IMG/VR virus record: IMGVR_UViG_2974570554_000001
Reading direction: 5' to 3' (one strand)
Length of the DNA stretch: 64,000 nucleotides
From: a virus
Taxonomy: Duplodnaviria; Heunggongvirae; Uroviricota; Caudoviricetes; Demerecviridae
The translations under genes were made by a program, and so were the position numbers. Of the stretch, positions 44,943-54,714 are shown in pieces. The notes beneath the pieces were generated by a model. That model made no database searches, was not told the origin of the DNA, and saw only the letters and a list, made by a program, of their open reading frames with translations. Every line of letters starts with the position of its first letter. Positions within the stretch are counted from its first letter, which is position 1.

Positions 44943-47494
44943 GCAGCCAAGCCTACATCCTGTAGGCTCTCTAGAACCCAATCGGCATGTTTAGAGATAG
45001 CTTCTTCCTTGGATTTCTCTGAGAACTCAACATTACCTGCTTTCATTTCTTCTAGCACGCTGAGAGCTTTTGATTGCATCTCAGGGCTATCGTATACAGC
45101 AATGAATGGGTATGCTTTATCCATCTTACCACAAGAGTAGTCACGAGAACCACCATCTTCTGAGTCAGAGTCGATACCGATTGGACAACCTTTAATTGTC
45201 AATGGCTCATCATCCCAACCGTTGTAACGAAGTCCTTGTACGTTACGGTCAATTAGTTCGTTGTACTCGTCTACCAAGTCTTCACGAACAACAGCGATAA
45301 TCGAGTCATGTACTAGACCGATAATCTCAACATCCATGCCTCTTGCCATGATTTCCTTATCCGCTTCCATTACACCTACAAGTAGGCTATCAGATGATGC
45401 TGACTGGATAATAGCGTTAAATCCTGAACGAACTTCACCAGCAGCGACACCACGGTCAGAAGATTGGAAGTTACGTAGACGACGTTTACGACCGTAGAAG
45501 TTGTAAATGAAGCCATATTGACGGATTTGTTCATGTGACGAATTAATCCAACGTTTAAGTTGTGGGAACTTACGGAAGTAAGTACTAATGTGACCTTTCG
45601 CATCTTCAACAGTACAAGGAACAAATGGTTCACCAGTGTGTAGCGATTGTTCTAGCAATGCAATGTTTACAGACTCTGCAACAGACGCTGGACCACTACC
45701 ATACATGATACCGAACGTGATAGCTTTAGCAGCTTGACGCATCGCAGGGAACTTCTTCTTAACCTCATTAGGCTCACAAGGAAGGTTAAATACCATGTGT
45801 GCAATAGTTGAGTGGAAGTCGGCATACTTATCAGGCTCATTGGTCATGTTGATAAATACTTGCTGTAGGTTACGGTCGCCAGATAGTACAGCAGCGTAGT
45901 AAACCTCAGCGGTTGTCAAGTCTTTTGCAACAATCTTGTAGCCTTCTGGAGCTACGATACAACCTTTGATAATCGGGTTATCACGAGGAAGTTGCTGCGC
46001 GTTGAATGTACCAGACGAACTCAAACGACCAGAAGTTGTACTTGTACATAGGAAGTTAGTACGAATACGACCATCCGCATCAATGTTGTCTAGCAACTTA
46101 ATGATGAATGAGTTAATCAGTTTACTGGTCTGACGGATTTTAAGGATAAGCTTAGGAATCGCGTGTTGCTCACCTAGTTTCTCCAATACTTCTGCGTCAG
46201 TAGAATCTGCACCAGTTTCTGTCATTTTACCCGTAGGAGTAAGACCAACTACATCGAATAACAGAGTGCGTAGTTGTTGAGTAGAGTTAGGGTTAAACTG
46301 TTTGTCAAGCATAGCTTCACATTGTTTAACTTCTGGGAACTCGTACAGTTTCTCCGTGTATTCACGAAGTTGTAGTTCTAGATGCTCATGCGCTCTGTGT
46401 AGACGACTACGAGATAGTGGCAAACCACGGTTCTCCATACGACCTAGGAATCGAGTAGCTGGCATTAGCAAGTTCTCATACAACCATTTAAGCTTGTATG
46501 ATGTATCGCGACATAGAATATTCCAGAACTTATGGTATAGACGGATAGTTGCGTCTGTATCGCCTGCTGCGTATTTCCACATAATATCAAAAGGAATAAG
46601 GTCATAGGTGAACTCTTCCTGTTTGATTTTATGCTCTTTACAGTAGTTTTTCTTGAACTCATCAAGCGCAAAGTCGTAATCACCCATATCGGTGTACTTC
46701 ATTGCTAGTGATTTCAAGCCGTGAGTACCTTGACGTTCATCAAGTACGTAGTGCATTACCATAGTATCGTGAAGACGACCTTCTTGGTGTGCTTTCTCAA
46801 AATCAGTGCCGAAGTGGAAAGTCATGATGTGATCATCGAACTTCGAGTTGTGTAGAACAACGTCACGTTTCGGTGTATCAATAATTTTCTGTAGTAGCTC
46901 TGCACACTCATCATCGAAATAGTCTGCATCCATGTACACACCTTGATGCGTCATGTGAGACATAGAGATACCTAGTGGTTGACATTTACGAGCTGCCAGA
47001 CCAGTAGTCTCCGTATCGAGTGCGATTACAGGCACTTGAGTGATAGGAAGCATGTACACAAGGTTTAGATATTCTAGAATACCTTCTGTACTTTGAATAG
47101 GTTTGTAATCTACCACAGCTTTTGCTGCTTTAGTACCGTCCATAATAGACTTGATTTCAGCTACAGTTGCTTCGAATGCTGGACGCATTTCTGGTTTAAT
47201 AAACAACATTGCTGGGTTGGTAGATACTAGGAAGTTCTTGTACGAACCGTCTTTAGATTCTACTTGCTTACCTGAGTAGTCTGATACGCGAGTATGACGA
47301 GTGTACTGTTTTAGAGCTTCTGCACCGATAAGAATAATCCAGTCATAATCCTGCGGATCAATATCTAGAGTAATATCGGCTTTCTTTAGACGCTGAACTT
47401 TCTTATCAGCTAGGTGTAGGGTTTCGACTGGGAAACCAAATAGTTTTGAGTAGTTTACCTTGTTAGGGCATTTATCAATTACAGCTACTTTCAT
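44939..47494 (-). CDS. pol: Family A DNA polymerase with 3'-5' exonuclease
   Basis: ALDTETTG, HNSKFD, TTSGRLSS, DLTTAE, RQAAKAITFGIMYG and LVHDS motifs. Confidence 0.97.
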   Translation of the reverse strand: MKVAVIDKCPNKVNYSKLFGFPVETLHLADKKVQRLKKADITLDIDPQDYDWIILIGAEALKQYTRHTRVSDYSGKQVESKDGSYKNFLVSTNPAMLFIKPEMRPAFEATVAEIKSIMDGTKAAKAVVDYKPIQSTEGILEYLNLVYMLPITQVPVIALDTETTGLAARKCQPLGISMSHMTHQGVYMDADYFDDECAELLQKIIDTPKRDVVLHNSKFDDHIMTFHFGTDFEKAHQEGRLHDTMVMHYVLDERQGTHGLKSLAMKYTDMGDYDFALDEFKKNYCKEHKIKQEEFTYDLIPFDIMWKYAAGDTDATIRLYHKFWNILCRDTSYKLKWLYENLLMPATRFLGRMENRGLPLSRSRLHRAHEHLELQLREYTEKLYEFPEVKQCEAMLDKQFNPNSTQQLRTLLFDVVGLTPTGKMTETGADSTDAEVLEKLGEQHAIPKLILKIRQTSKLINSFIIKLLDNIDADGRIRTNFLCTSTTSGRLSSSGTFNAQQLPRDNPIIKGCIVAPEGYKIVAKDLTTAEVYYAAVLSGDRNLQQVFINMTNEPDKYADFHSTIAHMVFNLPCEPNEVKKKFPAMRQAAKAITFGIMYGSGPASVAESVNIALLEQSLHTGEPFVPCTVEDAKGHISTYFRKFPQLKRWINSSHEQIRQYGFIYNFYGRKRRLRNFQSSDRGVAAGEVRSGFNAIIQSASSDSLLVGVMEADKEIMARGMDVEIIGLVHDSIIAVVREDLVDEYNELIDRNVQGLRYNGWDDEPLTIKGCPIGIDSDSEDGGSRDYSCGKMDKAYPFIAVYDSPEMQSKALSVLEEMKAGNVEFSEKSKEEAISKHADWVLESLQDVGLAA

Positions 47495-47572
47495 ATAATT
47501 CCTTACAATTACTATGGGATGTGTACAACCAAATAAAAAGAGGCAATCCAGACTTCTCCGAATTACCTCAGT

Positions 47573-47601
47573 ATTATATCAAAATTAGAATTACCTTGCA
47601 A
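47573..47601 (-). promoter_or_regulatory. Promoter for the DNA polymerase gene
   Basis: TTGCAA-N17-TATAAT. Confidence 0.75.
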
Positions 47602-48463
47602 TTAGTTTTTCAATTTGGTATGCTAGTTTGTCTACGTCTGCTTTGGATAAGCAACCTGGGTCATCACCAGGGTCTAGCATGTAACTAATATCAAGGGCTT
47701 CCATCTTAGTTTTCATACGGATAATATCTTCGATCTTCTTGGCGGCGTACCTGCCAGCCTTATCATTATCCATAAGTATCAAGAAGCGCCTAACTCCTGA
47801 TATTAGATAAGGCAATAGTTTTTGGTAAGCATTGGAGAATGTTAAGTTGTGCGTACCAAATACACATACTGCGTTAGTAATCCCTTTATCATGTAAGTTA
47901 ATCATATCGAATAAACCTTCGGTAATAATTAACGTGTCAACTCCTTTGACAAATGGGAACACGGGTATGGTTGCTCGTTCTGGGTAGAACTTATATTTAG
48001 GCTTCACATCTGAATACATGTGTCTGCCGTTGAAACACTGGATTTTACCAGTAGCATCGCTGATTGGAAAGATAATTCTGTTCTCGTAATCTTCATGTCC
48101 ATAAGTAAACGCACCAAACTTTTCATAGGTCTCTCCCGAAATGTCACGGAAGTCCTCAGAATAGGGACGGGCGCCAGCTGGAATCTCCATTCCACGAGTT
48201 TCTCTTTGTATATCTGCGATTTTATCACGTACACTGTAAACTAAGTCATAAACAGGGCTTTGATACTCGCCAAAGTGGACGAAGATATTTCCGTGAAATC
48301 CACAACTAAAACAGTTGAACTTCCCTGTTTCACTGTCAATCCGCATGGAAGGATTGGAATCATCGTGTTCTGGATTAATACACTTAACAAGGAGATCCCT
48401 CCCCTTGTTGATATAGTGTATATCTCTGTCTTTTAATAGCTTTTCCACATTAGTCGAGTTCAT
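47591..48463 (-). CDS. DNA primase (CHC2 zinc finger + TOPRIM)
   Basis: CINPEHDDSNPS..CFSC, ITEGLFD and MDNDKAG motifs; start reassigned to 48463. Confidence 0.92.
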   Translation of the reverse strand: MNSTNVEKLLKDRDIHYINKGRDLLVKCINPEHDDSNPSMRIDSETGKFNCFSCGFHGNIFVHFGEYQSPVYDLVYSVRDKIADIQRETRGMEIPAGARPYSEDFRDISGETYEKFGAFTYGHEDYENRIIFPISDATGKIQCFNGRHMYSDVKPKYKFYPERATIPVFPFVKGVDTLIITEGLFDMINLHDKGITNAVCVFGTHNLTFSNAYQKLLPYLISGVRRFLILMDNDKAGRYAAKKIEDIIRMKTKMEALDISYMLDPGDDPGCLSKADVDKLAYQIEKLIAR

Positions 48464-49850
48464 AACTTGTGTCCTGTACTGATGTTGCAACCTGTGACTC
48501 TGCTTTATTTTGTTCTGCTTCAGCCAAAGTAACCTCTCTAGGGTCGGCTTTAAGGCTTGTCCAATCCATACCAATGTTAAATTGGCAGTTAGGCATTGAA
48601 CGAACTTTGTCAGTAGTAAGTTGTATAATTCCAGCTTCATGGTCAGCGTCCAATCTGACAGCAATGTCTACTGGTACTAGAATCGCTTTGGAGAAGCGAG
48701 CTTGTCCATTTTCATTAAGCTGGTATGGTGAAAAGATAGCACAGTCATGTTTACGTGCCAGGGATTTGAAACCACGAGATAACTCTAGCTGGTAAACCCA
48801 ATCGTAGGGATCACCTTGCGTATCTAGTCTTGTCTCATTAATGTAGTCTACAATACCCATTGTTAACTTCTTGCCATATTGTGATCTAAACTTACTTAAA
48901 CTAACATCAATAGTAGATAGACGCAAGTTAGAATCATCAATGATAATCATAGGATGAATTTCCTCATGATTACGCATTAGTTCTTGGTCTAGTTCTACAA
49001 AGTCATCGGTTATAAGATGGTTTTTATTTCGTACAAAATTCTTATAGGCTTCTGCGCCTCCATGAAACATTTTTGCTCTAGTCAGTGCTAGTTTACGTAG
49101 CTCATCACCTTCAAGGCATCCTTGCTTGGTATGCAAAGCATTTACACCTGCCATAATTGCTAGGTTTCTTAATAGAACCTCACGACCTGACATCTCAATT
49201 GAGTAGTATGGTGCAATATTACCTGCATTCCACTGTGCTACTTGTAGGTTTGAACAAAATACTGACTTACCTGAACCAGTACCACCACCAAGAAGAATGA
49301 ACTCCTGACGGGCAGCTCCACCAAACTCGGAATCCCATTTGTTAGAGATACCTGTATAAATCATTTCCATTTCTTTATCGTTTGAGTGTTGGAATACTGG
49401 TATTTGAGAAGCAGTTAGGATAGTACCACTATTCTCTACTTTCTCTTCTAGTTTTAGAGGTAATGAGTTTAATCTATCAATTAGATCTTCTGCTGTTAGC
49501 ATGGTAATATCATCCAAGATACTGCGGCTAATCAGCGTCAATGTTTCTTGTTGTGCATATTCGTTTCTAAGAGCTTCGATTGCCATGTCGAAGTCTATGT
49601 CTAGATCATCTAGGTGCTGTAAGGCGGATAACGACATTTGTATGTTGTTATTACGACTAAATTTAATGCTAAGCTCATCCATGCTTGGCACCTTACCATG
49701 GTCTTGGTAATATTTAGCGATTGCCTTATGAATTGTACCGTATGAACTAGAGAAGAAATGAGGCTTGATCTTGTCGAAGCAAGCTAGTGCTAATTCTTTA
49801 TCAGTACAAGACAGAAGTAGTTTGAGTACAACTGCTTGAACGTTTATCAT
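48450..49850 (-). CDS. D6: DnaB-like replicative helicase
   Basis: GGGTGSGKS Walker A, YSIEMS, IVDYI and ARFSK motifs. Confidence 0.9.
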   Translation of the reverse strand: MINVQAVVLKLLLSCTDKELALACFDKIKPHFFSSSYGTIHKAIAKYYQDHGKVPSMDELSIKFSRNNNIQMSLSALQHLDDLDIDFDMAIEALRNEYAQQETLTLISRSILDDITMLTAEDLIDRLNSLPLKLEEKVENSGTILTASQIPVFQHSNDKEMEMIYTGISNKWDSEFGGAARQEFILLGGGTGSGKSVFCSNLQVAQWNAGNIAPYYSIEMSGREVLLRNLAIMAGVNALHTKQGCLEGDELRKLALTRAKMFHGGAEAYKNFVRNKNHLITDDFVELDQELMRNHEEIHPMIIIDDSNLRLSTIDVSLSKFRSQYGKKLTMGIVDYINETRLDTQGDPYDWVYQLELSRGFKSLARKHDCAIFSPYQLNENGQARFSKAILVPVDIAVRLDADHEAGIIQLTTDKVRSMPNCQFNIGMDWTSLKADPREVTLAEAEQNKAESQVATSVQDTSYELD

Positions 49851-49865
49851 TATTGCTCCGATAAT

Positions 49866-49892
49866 AAAAAAGGGAAGCTATGCAGCCTCCCT
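49866..49892 (-). terminator. Terminator after D5
   Basis: AGGGAAGCT/AGCCTCCCT stem with a U-run on the - strand. Confidence 0.6.
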
Positions 49893-49910
49893 CTTTTTAC
49901 TTAATAAGAA

Positions 49911-50675
49911 TTACTCAGCTTTTTCAGCTTTAGCGTCTAGTTTTGCACGTTGTTTTTCACCGTTATGGTCAGCACAAGCAAGACCACGACGTGTTAGAGC
50001 GTTTTTAACACCGCGTTCTGATTTACCAACTTTTTCAGCGATTTCCGCAACAGTTAGGTCAGCCATAACGTCCATTACAGGTTCTAACCAGTCAGCGCGT
50101 ACTGTAGCTTTGCTTTCTGCTTGATGAGGGATTTCACTGATGCGACCTTCACGATGTAGGCTTAGACCTTTACCACGTACAGATTGTAGTGGACGACCCA
50201 TAGCTTCTGCGATTGCTTCTAGTGAATCACCAGCGTTAGCCATTTCGATGAAAGTAGCTTCTTCTGCTTCAGTATAAGTACGTTTAGCAGCAACTTTTTC
50301 AGCTTTCTTCACAGCGTCAGTCATTTCTAGAGAAAGAACCTTACCTTGAATTTGTTTAGCACTGAACTTACCAGCTAGGAAAGTAGCAGCTACTTCGTTG
50401 TAAGTCATTTCACCATTGTGAGCGTTTAGGAAGTCTACTAGAGCAGCTTCTTCGTCTTCAGCCCATGCTGATTTGTTAGCATCAGATGCTTTTTGAACTT
50501 CTAGAGAAAGTTCACCAACTTTAACAAGTTGACGTAGTTTAGAACCGATACCGCGTGCTGTGTGACCTAGCTCATCAGCAATGTCTTTTAGCAAATCTTG
50601 TGATACTAGAGTAACACCTTCTACACGAGCTTTAAGTACAGATACGTTTTCATCATTCCAAGCGAATTTAGCCAT
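49911..50675 (-). CDS. D5: D5 DNA-binding transcription regulator (tandem HTH repeats)
   Basis: 254 aa; repeated W..E..L..IA.ELG..R...K units. Confidence 0.88.
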   Translation of the reverse strand: MAKFAWNDENVSVLKARVEGVTLVSQDLLKDIADELGHTARGIGSKLRQLVKVGELSLEVQKASDANKSAWAEDEEAALVDFLNAHNGEMTYNEVAATFLAGKFSAKQIQGKVLSLEMTDAVKKAEKVAAKRTYTEAEEATFIEMANAGDSLEAIAEAMGRPLQSVRGKGLSLHREGRISEIPHQAESKATVRADWLEPVMDVMADLTVAEIAEKVGKSERGVKNALTRRGLACADHNGEKQRAKLDAKAEKAE

Positions 50676-50679
50676 TATT

Positions 50680-51456
50680 TTATTCTCCGATAATATTAAT
50701 TAATTCTTTGATAGTTACAATTGGTAGGTCGTTTGCAAGAGCTTTCTTGTAAGACGAAGATCCTTTCTTCGTCTCGTCTTCACAAACGAGATATTTAACA
50801 GTTTTGGTAACGCTGCCTTTGACAGTGATACCGAATTGTGATAAGTAGTCAGCAGCCTTAGTACGACTAGCGAAGTCGTTAAGCTTGCCTGTGATACATA
50901 CATCGAATTTGTGCTCTGTATTTTGTGTCGGTTTTGTGCTTACTTCCTCAAAAGTAATAAAACCGTCTAGAGCTTCGATTGTATCTAAACCCTCTAGTGA
51001 ATTACACCAGTCCGTGAGGGATTCCGTAGCTTTCGCACCTAGACCTGCATCCGTACAGGCTTTAGCAGTGATTTCCTGAAAGCTATTGATTTTTGTAGCA
51101 AGCTTCTCAGCGGCTACTTTACCGATTAACTTAATACCAAGTGAGCCAAGAACTAAGGCAAATTCACTGGTTTTAGTTTTCTGTATTTCGGTAAAGAGTT
51201 TCGAACCTACTTTGTCTCCAAGAACTGATGTGAGCCGCTGCTCGGTCAGGTTGTAAAGTCCTGATATAGTAGATAGTTCTAGTTTGGAAACAGTTGCAGA
51301 GCCAAAACCCTTAATTTTCATTTTCTTACAGTAGTTCTCAACAAGTTTGGAACTCTGTGCGGGACAAGCAGTTTTATTTCGACAGAATAGTTGACCGTTA
51401 ACGTTTTCAAGTGTTGAGCCGCATGACGGACATTCTGTTGGAATCACTATTTGCAT
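50680..51456 (-). CDS. ligB: NAD-dependent DNA ligase subunit B (Zn finger, HhH, BRCT)
   Basis: CPSC..C..C zinc finger, GIKLIGK HhH, VCITGKL..SVTKTVKYLV BRCT. Confidence 0.92.
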   Translation of the reverse strand: MQIVIPTECPSCGSTLENVNGQLFCRNKTACPAQSSKLVENYCKKMKIKGFGSATVSKLELSTISGLYNLTEQRLTSVLGDKVGSKLFTEIQKTKTSEFALVLGSLGIKLIGKVAAEKLATKINSFQEITAKACTDAGLGAKATESLTDWCNSLEGLDTIEALDGFITFEEVSTKPTQNTEHKFDVCITGKLNDFASRTKAADYLSQFGITVKGSVTKTVKYLVCEDETKKGSSSYKKALANDLPIVTIKELINIIGE

Positions 51457-51485
51457 TTCATTATCTCCCTCAACTTTATGATAAT

Positions 51486-51515
51486 ATTATAGCAAGAAAT
51501 TTAGCAGTTGAGCAA
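51486..51515 (-). promoter_or_regulatory. PN25-like early promoter for ligB
   Basis: TTGCTC-N18-TATAAT followed by ATTATCATAAAGTTGAGGGAG; near-copy of 42657-42685. Confidence 0.75.
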
Positions 51516-51583
51516 TTAACTTTTTAATCTTTTTGGTAACTGCTAAAATTAATTAATTAGCTTTCCCTCAATTCGTGATAGAT

Positions 51584-51612
51584 AGTATATACCGATTATC
51601 CAAAATTGTCAA
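51584..51612 (-). promoter_or_regulatory. Second tandem promoter upstream of ligB
   Basis: TTGACA-N17-TATACT followed by ATCTATCACGAATTGAGGG. Confidence 0.7.
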
Positions 51613-51613
51613 A

Positions 51614-52174
51614 TCAGTTTTCTAGCATCTCTTCGAGGATAGCTTTCAACTCTTCGAAATCCGAGGTGAAGCGCAAGTTGAAAGTAGGGATACCGTAACT
51701 ACGTGATATTTCCACAGCAGTTCTAGTACCACCCTTAACTACTCGTGCTGGAGTCTCACCAGCAGTATAGATTGTCAAGTCTGCCATAGTCTCAGGACTT
51801 AGTGATGTACCTAATGCTTGGAATACATTTCTAGTATGCATAGCACGGCCACCACGTTTTAGGTGATCCCACGCAGGGTGATGCTCTTCAGCGATACGAC
51901 GAGCTTCCATTAACAGTGCTTCTGGACATGTATCAATAGATAACATCTGGGCATCGTCTGTTTCGAAGCCATCATTATATCCATTCCAAGGTAGGAAGTG
52001 CTGAACAAAGATATAGTTATCCCATTCTTTGTCGCTACCTAGAGCGTTACCTGAAGCGCCAGTAACACCTAGCTTTGCCAGTAACTCACCGATAACCATA
52101 ATTCGGTGTCTATCTAGCTCGTCAATATTACGAGAGCCTACAACACAGGCTCTGTGATTCTTTAGTTTTACCAT
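51614..52174 (-). CDS. SLOG / DprA(Smf)-like Rossmann-fold protein
   Basis: VVGSR, SGNALGSD, FLPWNGYN, HPAW..L..HTRNVFQALG, GGT..A and IPTFNL motifs. Confidence 0.75.
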   Translation of the reverse strand: MVKLKNHRACVVGSRNIDELDRHRIMVIGELLAKLGVTGASGNALGSDKEWDNYIFVQHFLPWNGYNDGFETDDAQMLSIDTCPEALLMEARRIAEEHHPAWDHLKRGGRAMHTRNVFQALGTSLSPETMADLTIYTAGETPARVVKGGTRTAVEISRSYGIPTFNLRFTSDFEELKAILEEMLEN

Positions 52175-52548
52175 GATACGTGTACCTCGTTCTTACTTCT
52201 TGAAATGGTAGTTTTAGCTCCGTATCCCAATACTCTTAGTGCTGTTTTAAGTCTACATGCTTGAGAATAATCTTCTTTATATATAATTACGCTATTTTTG
52301 AACTTAGACTCAGCTTCAGCAATTTTCTCACGAGCGCCAACTTCCTCTACATAGATAGCTGCACTCGCTTTCATACAACGACGAGAGTATGCTGCATCCT
52401 TTATAGGTACTGGTCGCATTGCAGCAGCACCTAGAGTCGGTTCAACTCTAGGCATTTTAGAACCACACCCAGGCATCATATCTGCCGCTCCTTTTACTTT
52501 TTTCTCCTTAATGAAGAAGCGAGGATTAATAATTTCTTTCCAGCCCAT
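52168..52548 (-). CDS. Hypothetical basic protein (126 aa)
   Basis: ORF coupled to both neighbours. Confidence 0.7.
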   Translation of the reverse strand: MGWKEIINPRFFIKEKKVKGAADMMPGCGSKMPRVEPTLGAAAMRPVPIKDAAYSRRCMKASAAIYVEEVGAREKIAEAESKFKNSVIIYKEDYSQACRLKTALRVLGYGAKTTISRSKNEVHVSW

Positions 52549-52550
52549 AA

Positions 52551-52817
52551 TTAATCACCTTTAAAGACAGGGCGAGTTCTATTACGCTCATCCTGTACGT
52601 TTATAAAACCTTTTGCAACCATCACCCCTTGAACGTAGCCTAACCAGCGATTAGCCTTAGTTCTAGGCATGTATTCCATGGTTATTTGCTCTAACATCCA
52701 TACTAGATGTGACTCACTCAATGGGTACTCTGGCTGCTCAAATGGGTGGTATGTACATAAGTACTTATTATCTAGATAGCTTTTAGCTATAACTGCTTCC
52801 GGTGACGGATTTCTCAT
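52551..52817 (-). CDS. Phage hypothetical protein (88 aa)
   Basis: KANRWLGYVQGV motif; TAATG coupling to ligA. Confidence 0.7.
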   Translation of the reverse strand: MRNPSPEAVIAKSYLDNKYLCTYHPFEQPEYPLSESHLVWMLEQITMEYMPRTKANRWLGYVQGVMVAKGFINVQDERNRTRPVFKGD

Positions 52818-53785
52818 TAGAAAGCCTCCACAATCTTAGGAATGATACCACCTGCACGAATAATACGAACTTCTTGACCGATATGAGTGATACCCATAGC
52901 TTTCATATATTCTACATTATTTAAAGTAACACGAGTTACCTTAGCGTCTTCTAGAACAACTTCTTTAACAATAGCAACCGGAGTTACTTTACCGGAAGCG
53001 CCTACCTGCCATTTAATGTCTTCGATAGTAGTAATCTCACCTTCATCGTCTTCCTTAACAGCAAATGCGCCTTTAGGGTACTTAGAAGTGAAACCTGCTG
53101 CGAAGTATGCACGGTTGCGTTTCAAACGATATACTAGACCATCAGTCATGATTAGACCCTGCTCTACAGCTTTCTTAACGTTGTCGCTAAGAATAGTATG
53201 GAAGCCTAGAATTTCTAGTTCTTTCATATCGCGCTGGTACATAGCCCCTAGACAACTATCAGACGAAGTCTGTACGTTATAAGCGATAAAACGCAAGCCG
53301 CCTTCCATGAGACGAGTCATAAACTCCTGACCGTTATCGAGGTTCATAGCACCTGACGCATAGTTACGAGCATTTTCAATATCTTTAGTAGTTACTACTT
53401 CACCAGTTACTTGCATAATCGGAGCGTAGTAGTCTACCTCTGCTGGAACTAGGTGCTCTAGGTTCTGAGTAATATCACGACCTTTAACACCATCACCACG
53501 AGTCAAGCCTTGAACGAGTTTACCATTAATATATAGACAATCAATAGCACACCCATCAAGTTTTGGGGACTCGATGTATGGTTCTAGATTTGGTAGTTCG
53601 TCACCACGACAAGGATATTTCTTCTCTAGTGACCACATACGGAACATGTGTGCTACTTCACCTTTGTGACCAATAGTTACTTCGGCATCTGGGAAGCGAC
53701 GAATAAGAGCATCATACTCTTCGTCGGAGATTAGGGGTTCACCATCATAATAAGCACGTTGAAGTTCTGCAATAAATTGTTTCAT
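52817..53785 (-). CDS. ligA: NAD-dependent DNA ligase subunit A (adenylation + OB)
   Basis: AYYDGEPLISDEEYD, PKLDG (active Lys), TRGDG..G.DIT, DGLVYR and WQVGASGKVTP motifs. Confidence 0.93.
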   Translation of the reverse strand: MKQFIAELQRAYYDGEPLISDEEYDALIRRFPDAEVTIGHKGEVAHMFRMWSLEKKYPCRGDELPNLEPYIESPKLDGCAIDCLYINGKLVQGLTRGDGVKGRDITQNLEHLVPAEVDYYAPIMQVTGEVVTTKDIENARNYASGAMNLDNGQEFMTRLMEGGLRFIAYNVQTSSDSCLGAMYQRDMKELEILGFHTILSDNVKKAVEQGLIMTDGLVYRLKRNRAYFAAGFTSKYPKGAFAVKEDDEGEITTIEDIKWQVGASGKVTPVAIVKEVVLEDAKVTRVTLNNVEYMKAMGITHIGQEVRIIRAGGIIPKIVEAF

Positions 53786-53811
53786 TCAAATCTCCTTTAA
53801 TTTATAAACAT

Positions 53812-53840
53812 ATTATACTTGTATTCTACCTGAAACGCAA
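53812..53840 (-). promoter_or_regulatory. Early promoter for ligA
   Basis: TTGCGT-N17-TATAAT followed by ATGTTTATAAATTAAAGGAG. Confidence 0.75.
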
Positions 53841-54085
53841 GTTGAGATTTGCGGAATTGAGACCTGTAGATGCTTCTCAATTAAATCCGCAGATTCGTTT
53901 GCAGAAAATTGGTGACAGGCGCAGAGAAAAACTCGAACCTGGGCACAGAACGTTTCATAGTTATCACCCTGATTAAGCATCAAGATATGAGACTTACCCT
54001 TAGCTAAGTCATCAGCAGCTGCCTTACAACGACGATGGAATGACTGCTGCAAGCCTTTTTGTGATAGTGGTTTACCATATTTCAT
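53813..54085 (-). CDS. Hypothetical protein (90 aa)
   Basis: ATGA overlap with the upstream gene. Confidence 0.65.
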   Translation of the reverse strand: MKYGKPLSQKGLQQSFHRRCKAAADDLAKGKSHILMLNQGDNYETFCAQVRVFLCACHQFSANESADLIEKHLQVSIPQISTCVSGRIQV

Positions 54086-54450
54086 TTTAGTTCCTTAATT
54101 GGAGTTGCACATTCATCCGAATGATCTAATACTAGACCATAATCCATAACTTCTAGTTCTTCGTATACTGAGTGACCATTTTCTTCACCTTCTTTAATAA
54201 TAAGAAATGATGGAGCCACGAAGAAAGCATCATCTATCTCTAGGAACTCATCACGAATAGTACCTCGACCGATAAGCATATCACCTTTGATTTCAGTATG
54301 CTGAATCATACCTACTGGTGGCTTAGAGAAATCAAAAGAGTTGTAGACATGTTTAGATTGCCCCACAAACTTCTCCAAGGCTTCTTTGGAAATAACGTTA
54401 CCATACATGTCAGGTTGTGTACTTGTAATTACACATTCAAAATTCTTCAT
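54082..54450 (-). CDS. HK97 prohead-protease-fold protein lacking catalytic residues (122 aa)
   Basis: D..G.VI.K.A, S.PP.G..E...L...I and ELE..D..LV..D..AT align by eye with the phage's own protease; His and Ser motifs absent. Confidence 0.55.
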   Translation of the reverse strand: MKNFECVITSTQPDMYGNVISKEALEKFVGQSKHVYNSFDFSKPPVGMIQHTEIKGDMLIGRGTIRDEFLEIDDAFFVAPSFLIIKEGEENGHSVYEELEVMDYGLVLDHSDECATPIKELK

Positions 54451-54683
54451 CAGTTTACCTCTATAATTACATTGTCAAAACGAATAGTCGCCATCTCAAA
54501 TGGGATACATTCCAATTGTAGTTCACCATCAACAATAATAAAGTGACCTTTATTATCTTTTACGTAACATTCTACGTATTTGTCTCCTGTATTTAGGTTG
54601 ACTACACCGAAAACTTCAACCCCATCCAGGTATATTTTTATGCCACCTGTAGTAGCTCCAATTGTACTTGAATTAATTAACAT
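54450..54683 (-). CDS. Hypothetical protein (77 aa)
   Basis: AAGGA SD favours the start at 54683. Confidence 0.65.
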   Translation of the reverse strand: MLINSSTIGATTGGIKIYLDGVEVFGVVNLNTGDKYVECYVKDNKGHFIIVDGELQLECIPFEMATIRFDNVIIEVN

Positions 54684-54714
54684 TTTATATTCCTTATATA
54701 TGAGAAAAGCCGAA

